IMG/VR virus record: IMGVR_UViG_3300042922_000600
Location: 1-64,000 of that record
Strand: one strand, 5' to 3'
DNA: 64,000 nucleotides
Source: a virus
Below the pieces are notes generated by a model. The model ran no database searches. It had not been told where the DNA came from and saw nothing but the letters and a program-made list of their open reading frames with translations. Shown in pieces: positions 46,723-57,392 of this stretch. Position 1 is the first letter of the stretch; each line of letters begins with the position of its first letter. A program made the position numbers and the translations under genes.

Positions 46723-48450
46723 ATGATGATAATGAATGTATCAATGGAAAAGAGAGATGCAGTGGATATGAAACATATCTGCGAATACAGTCTGTTTCTA
46801 AAGGTTCCTGACAGTAAGTACTACAAGGACAAGGTACAGGAGTTACCCAGAAAGTGGAAACATCTTTCCTCCGGTGAGATAGAAGTACCATTATTGGACA
46901 TAACTAAGGTACTGAGGACCTTTGAACAGATAGAAATTGTCGGGGATATACCAGAACTTAAATTAATGAAGATGAAGCGGGATATGACAAAAAGAGAGTA
47001 CTACTCAAACTTGGAGTGCGTTGAGAATTATCCAATTGAAATGCCCTTCAAAGGTGGCACTCAATTGAAACCCTACGGACACCAAATAGAAGCGTTTCAC
47101 TACATGATGAATAGAAATTCATTCCTACTTGGGGACGACATGGGACTTGGAAAAACGTTGGAGTTTATTAGCGGGTGTGAGTGGAGACGGAAAAAGTATG
47201 GGGACGATTTCAGTAAGGTTTTATATGTAACTAAGGCTGGATTGAAATATAATGTAAGGGATGAAATTAAATTCTGGCTGCCCAATGCAAATGTAGTGAC
47301 AATAGAAGGTGATAGCAAAAAGCGGTTGGAGCAATTAAGAAATGTATACACATGCAAAGAGCTTGTATACTTTATTATGGGCTATGAGCAAGTTAAAAAC
47401 CATATACAACAACTTGAGTTAATACCAATAGATGGCATAGCCATAGATGAGAGCCATAAAATGAAAAATCCGAGTGGGGCTGTGTGGGGAGCATTGAGTC
47501 AGTTGAGGGATATACCATTTAAGGTAGTCATGTCCGGTACCTACATTATAAATAACCATGAAGAGGCTTGGACGCCTTTAACTTTTATTGGTGTTGAGAG
47601 TAGGGAATTTCACCACTTCAAGTGGTCCTACTATGAGTCAGTTAAGGGTAGATATGGAAGAGAGATAACAGGTACCAGAAAATTGGATGAGTTGGGTAAG
47701 ATTGTTAGGTCCAATATGCTTAGAAGAACAAAGTCGGAAGTTATGGATATGCCAGAAAAGAACTACAAGAATGTTCATGTTGAGATGGGTGGTAAGCAGA
47801 CACAGATTTACAAGGCGGTAAGAGACCGGATAAAACAAGAGCTATCAGAATTGGGTATAGGTAGGGGTCTTTCCAATCCCATGGTAAAACTGCTTAGGCT
47901 AAAGCAAGTTACAACTAACCCGGAATTAATAGGTAGCGATGCCCCAAGTGCAAAGCATGAGGAACTAATTGACATTATTTCAGATATAGTAAAAAATGGT
48001 GAGAAGGCAATTGTATTCAGTCAATTCGAGGAAGAGGCACAAAGACTGAAGTTACTGCTTGCTGAATACAATCCTGCATATGTTACGGGAGTAGTTGCTC
48101 CACAGGACAGGAAAAAGCAGGCAGACAAATTTCAGGAAGATGATAGCTGTAAAGTATTTATTGGTACTTCCCAGTCCTGCAGAGAGGGATTGAATTTAAC
48201 TGTGGCTACCTATGTAATATTTATGGACCTGGAATGGGCACCCGCCTACATAGCACAGGCAGAGGACAGAGCTTATCGTATAGGGCAAAAGAATAACGTA
48301 ACAATTATTCGACTTTTGTGTAGGGGCTCCATAGATGAGTATATAGTCAATGAAGTTCTATCCCGTAAACAGCAGATTTTTGATGAAATAATAACCGGCA
48401 AGCGTGCAATTACACCAAACGAAATTAAGGACATATTAGACGCCATTTAA
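46723..48450 (+). CDS. SNF2-family helicase
   Basis: DDMGLGKT, IDESH, SGT, LRRTK, VFSQF, GLNLT, QAEDRAYRIGQ. Confidence 0.92.
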   Translation: MMIMNVSMEKRDAVDMKHICEYSLFLKVPDSKYYKDKVQELPRKWKHLSSGEIEVPLLDITKVLRTFEQIEIVGDIPELKLMKMKRDMTKREYYSNLECVENYPIEMPFKGGTQLKPYGHQIEAFHYMMNRNSFLLGDDMGLGKTLEFISGCEWRRKKYGDDFSKVLYVTKAGLKYNVRDEIKFWLPNANVVTIEGDSKKRLEQLRNVYTCKELVYFIMGYEQVKNHIQQLELIPIDGIAIDESHKMKNPSGAVWGALSQLRDIPFKVVMSGTYIINNHEEAWTPLTFIGVESREFHHFKWSYYESVKGRYGREITGTRKLDELGKIVRSNMLRRTKSEVMDMPEKNYKNVHVEMGGKQTQIYKAVRDRIKQELSELGIGRGLSNPMVKLLRLKQVTTNPELIGSDAPSAKHEELIDIISDIVKNGEKAIVFSQFEEEAQRLKLLLAEYNPAYVTGVVAPQDRKKQADKFQEDDSCKVFIGTSQSCREGLNLTVATYVIFMDLEWAPAYIAQAEDRAYRIGQKNNVTIIRLLCRGSIDEYIVNEVLSRKQQIFDEIITGKRAITPNEIKDILDAI

Positions 48451-48537
48451 AAATAAATAAAACTTTACAATAGGGTAGAAATATTGTATAATAGTATTGT
48501 AGTTTAGCCACAACAAATCAATATCACTGGTCAGGAG

Positions 48538-48855
48538 GTGTATAACATGATATATATAAAAGGTATGCCATACAGAAAAATTAGTGAAGTCGCTAAGATT
48601 GTTGATGTACATCCAAACACTTTACGAAATTGGGATAAATTTGGCGACAAGCTGGAAGAAGAAGGGCAACAGAGGCCCATACCTAAGTCTTATAGACCCG
48701 GGACACGTGGTATAAGATATTGGAATGATGCTCAAATAGAAGAAATAGAGAAGTATAAGGATAAAGACAAATATGGAGAACTTGCATACTTCAATCGAGC
48801 TGAGTGGGGTGACAGAGGTAAACACTTACCTAACTATAAAAACCAACCCGATTAA
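48538..48855 (+). CDS. MerR-type HTH DNA-binding protein
   Basis: ISEVAKIVDVHPNTLRNWD...GIRYW; own promoter at 48464-48492. Confidence 0.8.
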   Translation: MYNMIYIKGMPYRKISEVAKIVDVHPNTLRNWDKFGDKLEEEGQQRPIPKSYRPGTRGIRYWNDAQIEEIEKYKDKDKYGELAYFNRAEWGDRGKHLPNYKNQPD

Positions 48856-48923
48856 GTTGTGTCCGTTTACAAAAACCCTTGAGTTGTTTTATAATGTACT
48901 AAACAACAAGGAGGCAGTATTAA

Positions 48924-49571
48924 ATGATAGAAAATGAAATTCAGTTTAACGAGAAAGTAAAGCGGTATGCAGAAATTCACTCAATTGTGGACAAGTATAC
49001 AAAAGAACTGGAAACAATAAAATCCGAACTAAAACCCTACATGCAGGAAAAGGCACTGAAGAAAGTAACCCATGAGGGAAAGGATTTAGAGTTAATTGCA
49101 CAGGACAGAAGTAAGATTGACTCGGAAAAGCTACTCAATGTCCTAAAGAACAGACTTAGTCATTTCGAGTTGGATTTATTTAAAGTACAAAAGGAAATAA
49201 ATGGTATTCAACTTACTAGCATTATGTACAAAAATGCAGAGGAGCTTGTACGTGTGGAAATGAATGGAGAGGTATTTTCAGATTTGCAGACAGCAAGAGA
49301 ATACCTTATGGAACATTTCAGTTTTACAGAAGAGCAGGCACTCGACGCATTTTCAAGTGCAACTCCAATTCCAGCATCAGATAAATATGATTTATGGAAT
49401 TCCATTAAGAAGTGCATTGAGATAAAAGAAATACCAAATGAGGACGCTGTTAAGGAAGCTGTATCGTTAGGCTCACTTACAATGTCCGACATTGCAGATG
49501 CGACAATAGTTAATATAACTTATGCATTGATGATGAAAAAGCCGAAGAGTGGGCCTAAGTCAGAAAAATAG
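48924..49571 (+). CDS. coiled-coil hypothetical protein
   Basis: Promoter TTTACA-N18-TATAAT at 48866; AGGAGG RBS; terminator after. Confidence 0.65.
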   Translation: MIENEIQFNEKVKRYAEIHSIVDKYTKELETIKSELKPYMQEKALKKVTHEGKDLELIAQDRSKIDSEKLLNVLKNRLSHFELDLFKVQKEINGIQLTSIMYKNAEELVRVEMNGEVFSDLQTAREYLMEHFSFTEEQALDAFSSATPIPASDKYDLWNSIKKCIEIKEIPNEDAVKEAVSLGSLTMSDIADATIVNITYALMMKKPKSGPKSEK

Positions 49572-49716
49572 CATACATTTTAATATACCCCCATTAAATA
49601 CCGTTAAGGGTTGGCGACCTATAGCGGTATTTATTTTTGCCTGAACGGAAGAAATTCGCTTTACATTAAGGGTAGATTGGCTTTATACTGCAATACAAAA
49701 TAATTTTGTTTAGGAG

Positions 49717-49926
49717 GTGTTAGACATGGCGAGCTTAAGAAGAATTAAGGTTGGTTTGGGCATTACCGCTCAAATTGGGACACAGTACATAAAGCCATCT
49801 GCAGAGGTGGAATTGGTATTAACTGGTGATGAAACAAAAGAGGAAATTGACAAGGTTTGGGAACAGGGATGGAATGCATGTAGTAGGGAAGTTGAAAGAG
49901 TTATAACAGAATATGCCAAAGACTAA
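49717..49926 (+). CDS. hypothetical protein
   Basis: Promoter at 49660-49689, AGGAGG RBS. Confidence 0.7.
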   Translation: MLDMASLRRIKVGLGITAQIGTQYIKPSAEVELVLTGDETKEEIDKVWEQGWNACSREVERVITEYAKD

Positions 49927-49972
49927 AATTAGCTGATTTACAGCTAATTTTTATCATGCAAAGGAGGATAAT

Positions 49973-50527
49973 ATGAAGTTAGATGGCATTGAGTTATATG
50001 GTACTGAATTATCTCACTACATACTTAGAAAAATATCCAAATTGGAACAAGAGATGATATATGACAGGACAAAAAAGTATATAAAAATAGATATACACAT
50101 AGTGGACTTTTGTAGTCCCATGCACTTAAATTTTGGCAAAAGAGAGTTACCAGAGCCAGACAACTACAAGTCCTTTTTAGAGTGTGAGGAGTTCACTAGG
50201 GGTAATTTGTTGCACCTTCCCATGGAACTGGCGATGAAACTTAGTTCAGAGCAATTGAAGTTGTACTGCTACTTGATGGGAATTGCCCATTACTTTGACT
50301 TTTATGAACTTGATTGGCTAAAGGTGTGTGATAACTATATGGGCAACTGGAGGGACTTCTTTAGTATGGTTAAGGAGTTACAGGGCATGACATTATCCCA
50401 CGCATATTTTGATTACCCAGTACTAATAACTGAATTATCCAATACACAACTTAGTATAATAATTGACGCAAAGGATAAGGAGGAGGCATATGAACTACTT
50501 CAAAAATACCGCAGAATTGTCGCTTAA
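49973..50527 (+). CDS. hypothetical protein
   Basis: AGGAGG RBS. Confidence 0.65.
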   Translation: MKLDGIELYGTELSHYILRKISKLEQEMIYDRTKKYIKIDIHIVDFCSPMHLNFGKRELPEPDNYKSFLECEEFTRGNLLHLPMELAMKLSSEQLKLYCYLMGIAHYFDFYELDWLKVCDNYMGNWRDFFSMVKELQGMTLSHAYFDYPVLITELSNTQLSIIIDAKDKEEAYELLQKYRRIVA

Positions 50528-52103
50528 AGCAAGTGTCAAGGGGTATTGGATAAACCATAATTTTATGGGAAGATGTGATGGAGTTACAGTTATACCCAAT
50601 AGTCTATTGACGGACCAGGCACTTAAATTAGATGAAAGGCTTGTTATAGCTTATTTGATATCCTATAATTTTAAAAATTCTGGAGTTGGCTACAAGGGTT
50701 TTGTTTTCCCCAGGGTTGAGACTATAGCAAATGATTTGGGTATATCTAGAAGACAGGTTTTTGATAAGATATCTGGAATTGAGGAAAAGGGGTACATTTA
50801 CAGAATTTCAAACAGGAGCACTATTGACTACTATGACAGCATAGAATACATAAATAAATTCTTTGATTTGCATATAAATGAGGCTACTTTGTACTTCCTT
50901 GACCTATGGAAATGTTTGTCTAAAGAAGAAATTATGCGTTACAACGGCGTAGACAGTGAGATGGATTATGAAGAGATGCTAAAAGAAAGAAATGAATTTA
51001 TTGAGTATTTTGATAGCTTACGTGGTATTGAGGATAAGGTAGAGCTGGATGAATATTTAGGAAATAAGGAAGTTACGAGAAATTGCACACCCCCGTGTGC
51101 GGAAACTCGCACACCACCGTATGCGGAAACTCGCACACAGAAACATACAAATATAAAAAATACAAATATAAAAAATAATAATGCGTTGCATTTTCAGTCT
51201 AAATCATTTTTTACTCACCTTCTAAATACAGATATCAAAAAAGAGGACTTTGATAAACCTTTATCCTATAAGGAAGCCAAAAGTTTAAAAGAGCAGAAAA
51301 AGAAAAAAGAACAGCAGGACAAGAAGGATAAAACCTCACAGGAGTTTTTAGATAAACTGGCTAAAAGAGAATTTAAGAATTTCAATCTGGATGAGTTATG
51401 TTTATATTATGAACATCGATTAAAGGAAATTTATGGCACCGCATGTAAGGTAAGCGAGAGGAGTTTTAGAACCTTCAAACTACTGTATGAGCAGAATGGT
51501 TCCTATGGTTTGACAATGGAACAGCTGGCAAGGGTGGTTGATGTATTTTTAGAGACTTATCGTGAAGGTAAGATAAAGGGATTGGACTTAGAAAGCTATC
51601 CCAATCCAGTATACGCTCATTTGCTATTAAATAATAAGGGTAGCATTTTAAAACAGATAATAAACTTGTCCGAGTATTCAGGAGTTCCTACTGTAACAGG
51701 GTCAGGCAGTGTTGTATACAAAGAAGATAGTGACTATAGAGATAAGCTCCCTGAGTTGGTGGAGTTGTGGAAACATGAGAAACCTAAGTGGCTAAAGAAG
51801 TATGGGCTCATTGATGGGAAAGAAGATAGAAACTATATGAAGCGTATCAAATGGGTTCCAAATGACTACTTTGAGGATGACGATATACCGAGTTTTGGTA
51901 GGTACATAAGTAGGTGGTTTGTTAATGGATATCTTACAGATGAAGTTAAGGATAAAATATCTTCACAGGACTTTATGTATTTAGAGGAATATGTAGAGAA
52001 TGTTATGATACCTGCAAATGAGGAATATGATGAGATACAAAAGGCTATACATGAGAAAGTGTATGGTATTGGGACAGATATAAGGATAGGAGGCTTGGTA
52101 TAA
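50463..52103 (+). CDS. replication initiator (winged HTH, lambda O/DnaD-like organisation)
   Basis: IPNSLL.D..L, FPRVETIANDLGISRRQV..I..IEEKGYI; internal iterons; upstream of DnaC-like loader; likely start 50490. Confidence 0.8.
   Translation: MTQRIRRRHMNYFKNTAELSLKASVKGYWINHNFMGRCDGVTVIPNSLLTDQALKLDERLVIAYLISYNFKNSGVGYKGFVFPRVETIANDLGISRRQVFDKISGIEEKGYIYRISNRSTIDYYDSIEYINKFFDLHINEATLYFLDLWKCLSKEEIMRYNGVDSEMDYEEMLKERNEFIEYFDSLRGIEDKVELDEYLGNKEVTRNCTPPCAETRTPPYAETRTQKHTNIKNTNIKNNNALHFQSKSFFTHLLNTDIKKEDFDKPLSYKEAKSLKEQKKKKEQQDKKDKTSQEFLDKLAKREFKNFNLDELCLYYEHRLKEIYGTACKVSERSFRTFKLLYEQNGSYGLTMEQLARVVDVFLETYREGKIKGLDLESYPNPVYAHLLLNNKGSILKQIINLSEYSGVPTVTGSGSVVYKEDSDYRDKLPELVELWKHEKPKWLKKYGLIDGKEDRNYMKRIKWVPNDYFEDDDIPSFGRYISRWFVNGYLTDEVKDKISSQDFMYLEEYVENVMIPANEEYDEIQKAIHEKVYGIGTDIRIGGLV
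51069..51182. repeat. Putative phage origin: 24-bp iterons plus AT-rich tract inside initiator gene
   Basis: CCGT(G/A)TGCGGAAACTCGCACAC at 51093 and 51117, degenerate copy at 51069; ATACAAATATAAAAA twice at 51145 and 51160. Confidence 0.75.
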
Positions 52104-52822
52104 TGAAGTTTACGGGTTTTGATGAGCAGGATTTTGTATTTGATAAGGATAAATGTACTGTGTCCAGAACGTGCAGAAGAGGGCAGTGTAATGATGGCTG
52201 TGCTGTTTACTATAAAACTGAGTACATTTATGGAATAAATAATGTCCCTAAAAAATACAGGGACTGGGTCCCAGAGGATTTATCCAAAATAGTCAAAGAG
52301 GATGTTGACCTTGGTGTGGAGCACATAAAGAGATTGACGTCTGACGCTAACTATACGAAGGGTATATACTTATATGGAAATGTAGGTTCAGGCAAAACTT
52401 CACTTGGATTGGTGTTGTTAAATGACTTCCTTAGAAGGATGATTAACGAGTATAGGATAATGGAGTACGTTGAAAATGAATTTACGCCAGTGCTGTTTGT
52501 TCCATTTAGCCAGTATGCAGAGACTTATAAAGCTAGGTTCTCAAACAAGTCTGACTTCCTGGAATTAATAAATAATAACATTTACAAGAGCCACCTCGTA
52601 ATGATTGATGATATTGGGTTTGACGGTCAGACTAAAACTACACTGGACTTACTTTTTAACATCATAGACTCTGCATTGGCTAATGATAGAGGACTTATAT
52701 TAACTGGTAACTTACCACCACAGAAATTGCAAGGTGTGTTGGGCAGTAGGTTGCACAGCAGAATAGTAAATGGTTGTGAGTGCTATGAAGTTAGGTCCTC
52801 CGACTTACGTTCGAGCTTTTAG
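52103..52822 (+). CDS. DnaC/IstB-like AAA+ helicase loader
   Basis: GNVGSGKT Walker A, MIDDIG Walker B, TGN, RLHSRI. Confidence 0.88.
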   Translation: MKFTGFDEQDFVFDKDKCTVSRTCRRGQCNDGCAVYYKTEYIYGINNVPKKYRDWVPEDLSKIVKEDVDLGVEHIKRLTSDANYTKGIYLYGNVGSGKTSLGLVLLNDFLRRMINEYRIMEYVENEFTPVLFVPFSQYAETYKARFSNKSDFLELINNNIYKSHLVMIDDIGFDGQTKTTLDLLFNIIDSALANDRGLILTGNLPPQKLQGVLGSRLHSRIVNGCECYEVRSSDLRSSF

Positions 52823-52953
52823 TGGGCTATAAATTAGGGGTGTAACTTTATACCTGTAACACGAAATGGTATTACAGGGGCAGAATTAAAGGCGTACCAT
52901 TAGCATTAAACACAATGCAAAGGTACAGTATATTTTGCACAATACAAAAGTAG

Positions 52954-54366
52954 TTGAGTTCGTTTATACTATATTGTAGGGAGGTCATTGACTTGGTAGA
53001 GTATCAAATAATTAATCACATTTTGGAGCAGAAGGATATTGGTATAATACAGAGAAACAAAATAAATGAAACTTATTTTGAATTCTGTAAAGAAGAGTTT
53101 GAATTTATACATACACATTGGAGAAAGGTAGGACAGATTCCTGACATACATACATTCCTTGCAAAATACCCTGATTTTGAGGTGTTTAAGGTAGGGGAGT
53201 CGGAGGAATACTTAGTAAACTCACTACGGGAGCAATATGTCTATAATAAAATAGTTCCCATACTTAAAGAAGGTGACGAAAAGCTAAGAGAGGATAGTTT
53301 TGACGCCGTTGACTTCCTAAGGGCACAACTGAGGGAAATTGCAGAAACGCTAGACTTTAGACATGTAGGCCACAATTTAGCGAAAGACACTGATGTTAGA
53401 AAAGATGACTATTTGAAAAGAATGGAAATGAAAGGTTTGACAGGGATACCCACTGGTCTTGAGTGGTTGGATGACCTGACTAACGGTTGGCAGGAAGAAG
53501 ACTTTGTAATGCTAGGTGGTTACCTTGGCGAAGGTAAATCATGGCTGCTATTATTTCTTTTATGGGCGGCATGGGGTAGGTCAAAAAAGAAGGTACTTTT
53601 AATAAGTAGAGAGATGGGCAAAGTCCTAGTGGGTTTCCGTTTTGATACATGGAATGGAAATTTCAGTAACCTTGGGCTTATGAAAGGTAATACGGAATTA
53701 GGAAAAGTTGATAAAAGTGTTGGGGGTAGAATAGTACCAATTGATTTATCAAAGGACGACTATATTAAGTATCTGGAAGAGCTTAAGGATGAAGACAATC
53801 CAGACTTTATGGTCTACACAAATGAGGATAATGCTCAGTGTACTTTTGAGGACATTGAGAACTTAATAGATATTATTAAACCAGATATTGTTGGCATTGA
53901 CCAACTTTCCTTAATAGGCACAGTTAAGAAATTTGGAACAATAAGGGAGAGGTATATATTCCTTACTAGAAACTTTTACAGACTATCCAGCAAAAAGAGA
54001 ATACCTATATTAGTTACGGGTCAGATAGGAAGAGACTGGGCAAAGGGTAGGGACAAGAACAAAAAGAATGGCAGTGACCAGATAGATGCACCAGAGACTC
54101 ACCAGTTCATGGAGAGTAACAGTGCGGGTGAAGATGCCACTCGTGTTGTTACATTTGCAAGAAAGGGAAACATAGTTATGATAAATGTTCCGAAGAATAG
54201 ATATGGCATTGGCGGAAAGCAAGAATTTGTGTGGGACATAGATAGGGGCTTTATAAATCTTTTCGACAGACCAGAAGAGGATGAGGATGAGCAACCACAG
54301 GCAAAGAGAGGCTCCAAGGATAAGAAAGAGAACAAGGTAATACAGACAAGCGAGTATATATTTTAG
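52954..54366 (+). CDS. dnaB: replicative DnaB-like helicase
   Basis: GIPTGL..LD..TNGW, GYLGEGKS, SREM, IDQLSLI, EDA, KNRYG; likely start ~52993. Confidence 0.88.
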   Translation: MSSFILYCREVIDLVEYQIINHILEQKDIGIIQRNKINETYFEFCKEEFEFIHTHWRKVGQIPDIHTFLAKYPDFEVFKVGESEEYLVNSLREQYVYNKIVPILKEGDEKLREDSFDAVDFLRAQLREIAETLDFRHVGHNLAKDTDVRKDDYLKRMEMKGLTGIPTGLEWLDDLTNGWQEEDFVMLGGYLGEGKSWLLLFLLWAAWGRSKKKVLLISREMGKVLVGFRFDTWNGNFSNLGLMKGNTELGKVDKSVGGRIVPIDLSKDDYIKYLEELKDEDNPDFMVYTNEDNAQCTFEDIENLIDIIKPDIVGIDQLSLIGTVKKFGTIRERYIFLTRNFYRLSSKKRIPILVTGQIGRDWAKGRDKNKKNGSDQIDAPETHQFMESNSAGEDATRVVTFARKGNIVMINVPKNRYGIGGKQEFVWDIDRGFINLFDRPEEDEDEQPQAKRGSKDKKENKVIQTSEYIF

Positions 54367-54381
54367 TGGAGGTGATAACGT

Positions 54382-54885
54382 ATGAAAACTTTCCTTAATG
54401 AGTCCGAACGTAAGGATGTAGTAATGCTGTACTGTTTAATTGGTACAATGCAGGAACAATTTTTAAAGGATTGGGATGAGAGAGGTAACTTGACAGCGGA
54501 AGAGAGAAAGTATATCAAAACCTCAATAACACTTGCGTTGAAAGTAACAGACTCAATAATGAATAGGATAGATGGAAATTTAAGGCAACGCTTAATTAGG
54601 GATATGAAAGCAACCGACCTATTCTGCTTACCCAAGTCAGAGGCAAAATTAAAGAAGGACAGATTTGAGAAAGAAGTACTGTCAAATGAACTTATTAAAG
54701 TGTCAAGGGATGCAATTGACGAACTGGCACAAAGGGCTATGGATTGGTGTAATCCATGTAACGTGGTAAAATGTGATGAATGCATACTAAGAGAAATATT
54801 TAGGCAACTGGATTTGGAGCCATATGATTGTGAGGCTACTGAATGTGAGTATAGAATAAAGAAAGGGGGTGGAGAAATTGAATAG
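54382..54885 (+). CDS. hypothetical protein with Cys cluster
   Basis: FLNESER N-term; CNPC..C..C..C..C. Confidence 0.65.
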   Translation: MKTFLNESERKDVVMLYCLIGTMQEQFLKDWDERGNLTAEERKYIKTSITLALKVTDSIMNRIDGNLRQRLIRDMKATDLFCLPKSEAKLKKDRFEKEVLSNELIKVSRDAIDELAQRAMDWCNPCNVVKCDECILREIFRQLDLEPYDCEATECEYRIKKGGGEIE

Positions 54886-55096
54886 ACAGGAAAGAAGAAG
54901 AGCCGGAAAACTGGCGAATAACTCTAAGGAGTTTTCCGAGTTTGTAGTTCAAAATAGATTGCAGGTATTACAGGCATCACTATTAGCGAGTCTGGACACA
55001 CTAAAAGAAGATTTTAATTTTGATGAAAAGCAATTAAACGACTTTGCAGTTAAGCATAATGAACGTCTTAAAGCTACATTGGGTGGTGGTAAATAA
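54869..55096 (+). CDS. hypothetical protein
   Basis: LNRQERRR N-terminus; coupled. Confidence 0.6.
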   Translation: MEKLNRQERRRAGKLANNSKEFSEFVVQNRLQVLQASLLASLDTLKEDFNFDEKQLNDFAVKHNERLKATLGGGK

Positions 55097-56142
55097 TGTT
55101 GGTGATATGGGATACACCACTCATTGTTGAATTAGAAGTAGTACTTCATTTTTTGAAACAGGAAATGGAAGAAATGCATGGAAGGGACTATTTTGGCAGG
55201 TCCGTTGAAAGTGGAAGCAACTTGATGGTTAAGTGCCCATTTCATAAGGATGGGCAGGAAAGAAAGCCAAGCATGGGCATCCGTGTGGATGACGGTCAGT
55301 TTAACTGCTTTACTTGTGGGGAGCATGGAGACCTTCCAATGTTTGTTGCAAAGTGTCTGGATTTGGGAGTTAAGAGGGACACCACTGGCGGTATAGTGGA
55401 ACCCCCCAAACCCGAATTGGGGTATAAATGGCTACTTAAGAAGTTTAATTTAGCTGTGCAGGGTGAGAGACCAGGTCTTGGGCTTGGACAGTCTAGGACG
55501 AGTAAAAGATTTGATAGGTTTGTCCCAGAAAGCGACTTAGAGCAATACTATGAATATGTGCATCCTTACATGGAAGAGGTTAGATTTATCCCACAAAAAA
55601 TGCAGGACTATCTAGAGATAGGATATGACAAGGCAACCAACAGTGTTATATTTCTTATGAAGGACTTAAAGGGAAATGTTTTCTTTGTTAAAAAACGTCC
55701 AATCACTTCCTATAATGATGTAAGGTATACTAACGTAAAGGATATACCAAAGAAGCATTTGATGTTCGGAGCCTACTACATTTATAGGGACTATGTTGCT
55801 ACACCAAAGAAATGGATGTCGGACATGATACATAAAAATGGAATTACTCTTGTTGAGGGTGAAATAGATGTTGCAAGTGGATGGACACTTAGAATGCCCA
55901 CTGTCGGGATAGGTGGGAGGATATTTTTCAAGGAACAGGCTAAAGTACTTGCGGCAATGGGAGTAAAAAATATAAACCTGGGCCTGGACAATGATGAGGA
56001 AGGTCAAAAAGAAACAGTGAGAATAGTAGACAACTACTCAAGCACATTTAGATTGAGCCTAATTAAGTATCCTGACTGGGCTAAAGACATGAATGATGTT
56101 GTTAAGAATGGAAAAGGTATTGAGGTATTAAAATTTCTATAG
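55096..56142 (+). CDS. dnaG: DNA primase (CHC2 zinc finger + TOPRIM)
   Basis: CPFH..E.KPS..CFTCG; VEGEID; DNDEEG; KDMND. Confidence 0.9.
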   Translation: MLVIWDTPLIVELEVVLHFLKQEMEEMHGRDYFGRSVESGSNLMVKCPFHKDGQERKPSMGIRVDDGQFNCFTCGEHGDLPMFVAKCLDLGVKRDTTGGIVEPPKPELGYKWLLKKFNLAVQGERPGLGLGQSRTSKRFDRFVPESDLEQYYEYVHPYMEEVRFIPQKMQDYLEIGYDKATNSVIFLMKDLKGNVFFVKKRPITSYNDVRYTNVKDIPKKHLMFGAYYIYRDYVATPKKWMSDMIHKNGITLVEGEIDVASGWTLRMPTVGIGGRIFFKEQAKVLAAMGVKNINLGLDNDEEGQKETVRIVDNYSSTFRLSLIKYPDWAKDMNDVVKNGKGIEVLKFL

Positions 56143-56155
56143 GAAGGTACTTTTC

Positions 56156-56350
56156 ATGAAAAATAAGTGGGATGTGGAAATGAGTTACATACTTGGCATA
56201 AGTGTTGTGGCTGAGGGAGATACTAAGGAAGAAGCTGTAACTAACGCAAAAGAACTGGTAAAAGAGTATGTATCTGTTAATGACGGGTTTACAGTGGACT
56301 GTGGTGACGTGATGTTTGAGCAAGTTAATTTTATACAGGAGCATAGATAG
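56156..56350 (+). CDS. hypothetical protein
   Basis: V.A.GDTKEEA motif. Confidence 0.6.
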   Translation: MKNKWDVEMSYILGISVVAEGDTKEEAVTNAKELVKEYVSVNDGFTVDCGDVMFEQVNFIQEHR

Positions 56351-56737
56351 TGTGGATTGGATGAATTAACTCCAATAGTAACAAAGGGTGTCACTTGTGC
56401 AATTAACAATAAATACTTATTATTACAAGTAATTTTAAATTTATACATTATTTTTAAAATTGTTACAAAAATTAGTAAAAAATTGTTGTAATATGTAAAA
56501 AAATGTTGTATAATAATATTGTAAAGTTAATACATAATGAAATTACATAATTAATAAGGCACCTTTTGCATATAGTACTCGGATTGGAACTATTAGTTGG
56601 CCCATTGGATAATTGGCTTGGTGCATATTTTGACAGCGAAATTATTGAATGGGCTATACTTATTGGCAAAAATTCAACATTCACACAATTGGTGCGAGTT
56701 TTTGAAACAGACTAAACTAAACTAGGAGGATTTAAAA

Positions 56738-57355
56738 ATGAACAATGTTCAAGAAATGGCGTTAATGGTTAAAAATGGTGAAATAGGTGAGGAAGAGTTC
56801 ATAATTGGATGCAAGAAAATAATAGAGGATGCTTCCTACAAATGGTACCAAAAGGTAGGGCTAATGGATGGGAGAGAAATTCAAGAGAAAAGACAGCTAT
56901 GTAGTATTTGGTGTTGGGAGGCGTTAAGAAATTACAATCCGGAGAAGGGTAAATTTACGACGCTGTATTATGCTCATACACAGAATATGATAAAGAACCT
57001 ATGTAGAAGAAGTACAAATGATAACGAGAAGGCAAATAATTACACAAACTGTTTCAGCTATGAATTCAGTATATGTGGTGAGAGCGAAAATTCCTCAGAA
57101 GAAGGAAGTGCATTTATAAAGCATCAGTGCAATGAAGAGGATGGATTTGAAAGAGTTGAGATTGAAATGATGCTAAAGCACAACGGTTTTGATGATATAA
57201 CTATGGGCATTGTTAAGTATAAAATGGAAAGCCCCGAAATGCCGGATGCAGAAATTGCCAGACTATTAGGCTATAGTAGAGCATATATTAGCCTACTATG
57301 GAGAAAGGTTAAGCCTTTTCTAGCCAGCCAGCTATGCACAGCGGATAATTTTTAA
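56738..57355 (+). CDS. phage sigma70-family RNA polymerase sigma factor
   Basis: Region 2 WEALRNYNPEKGKFTTLYY..QN.IKN..R; region 4 HTH AEIARLLGYSRAYIS. Confidence 0.78.
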   Translation: MNNVQEMALMVKNGEIGEEEFIIGCKKIIEDASYKWYQKVGLMDGREIQEKRQLCSIWCWEALRNYNPEKGKFTTLYYAHTQNMIKNLCRRSTNDNEKANNYTNCFSYEFSICGESENSSEEGSAFIKHQCNEEDGFERVEIEMMLKHNGFDDITMGIVKYKMESPEMPDAEIARLLGYSRAYISLLWRKVKPFLASQLCTADNF

Positions 57356-57362
57356 AAACCAG

Positions 57363-57392
57363 TTTACATAAATGAACGAATGGCTTTATACT
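57363..57392 (+). promoter_or_regulatory. Promoter TTTACA-N18-TATACT
   Basis: Recurring architecture; -10 lies in an inverted repeat with CAGTATAGAGCC. Confidence 0.7.

Noticed and set aside
48924-49571. Mu Gam-like nuclease inhibitor
   Set aside because: Only generic coiled-coil resemblance; cannot be supported without a profile search.
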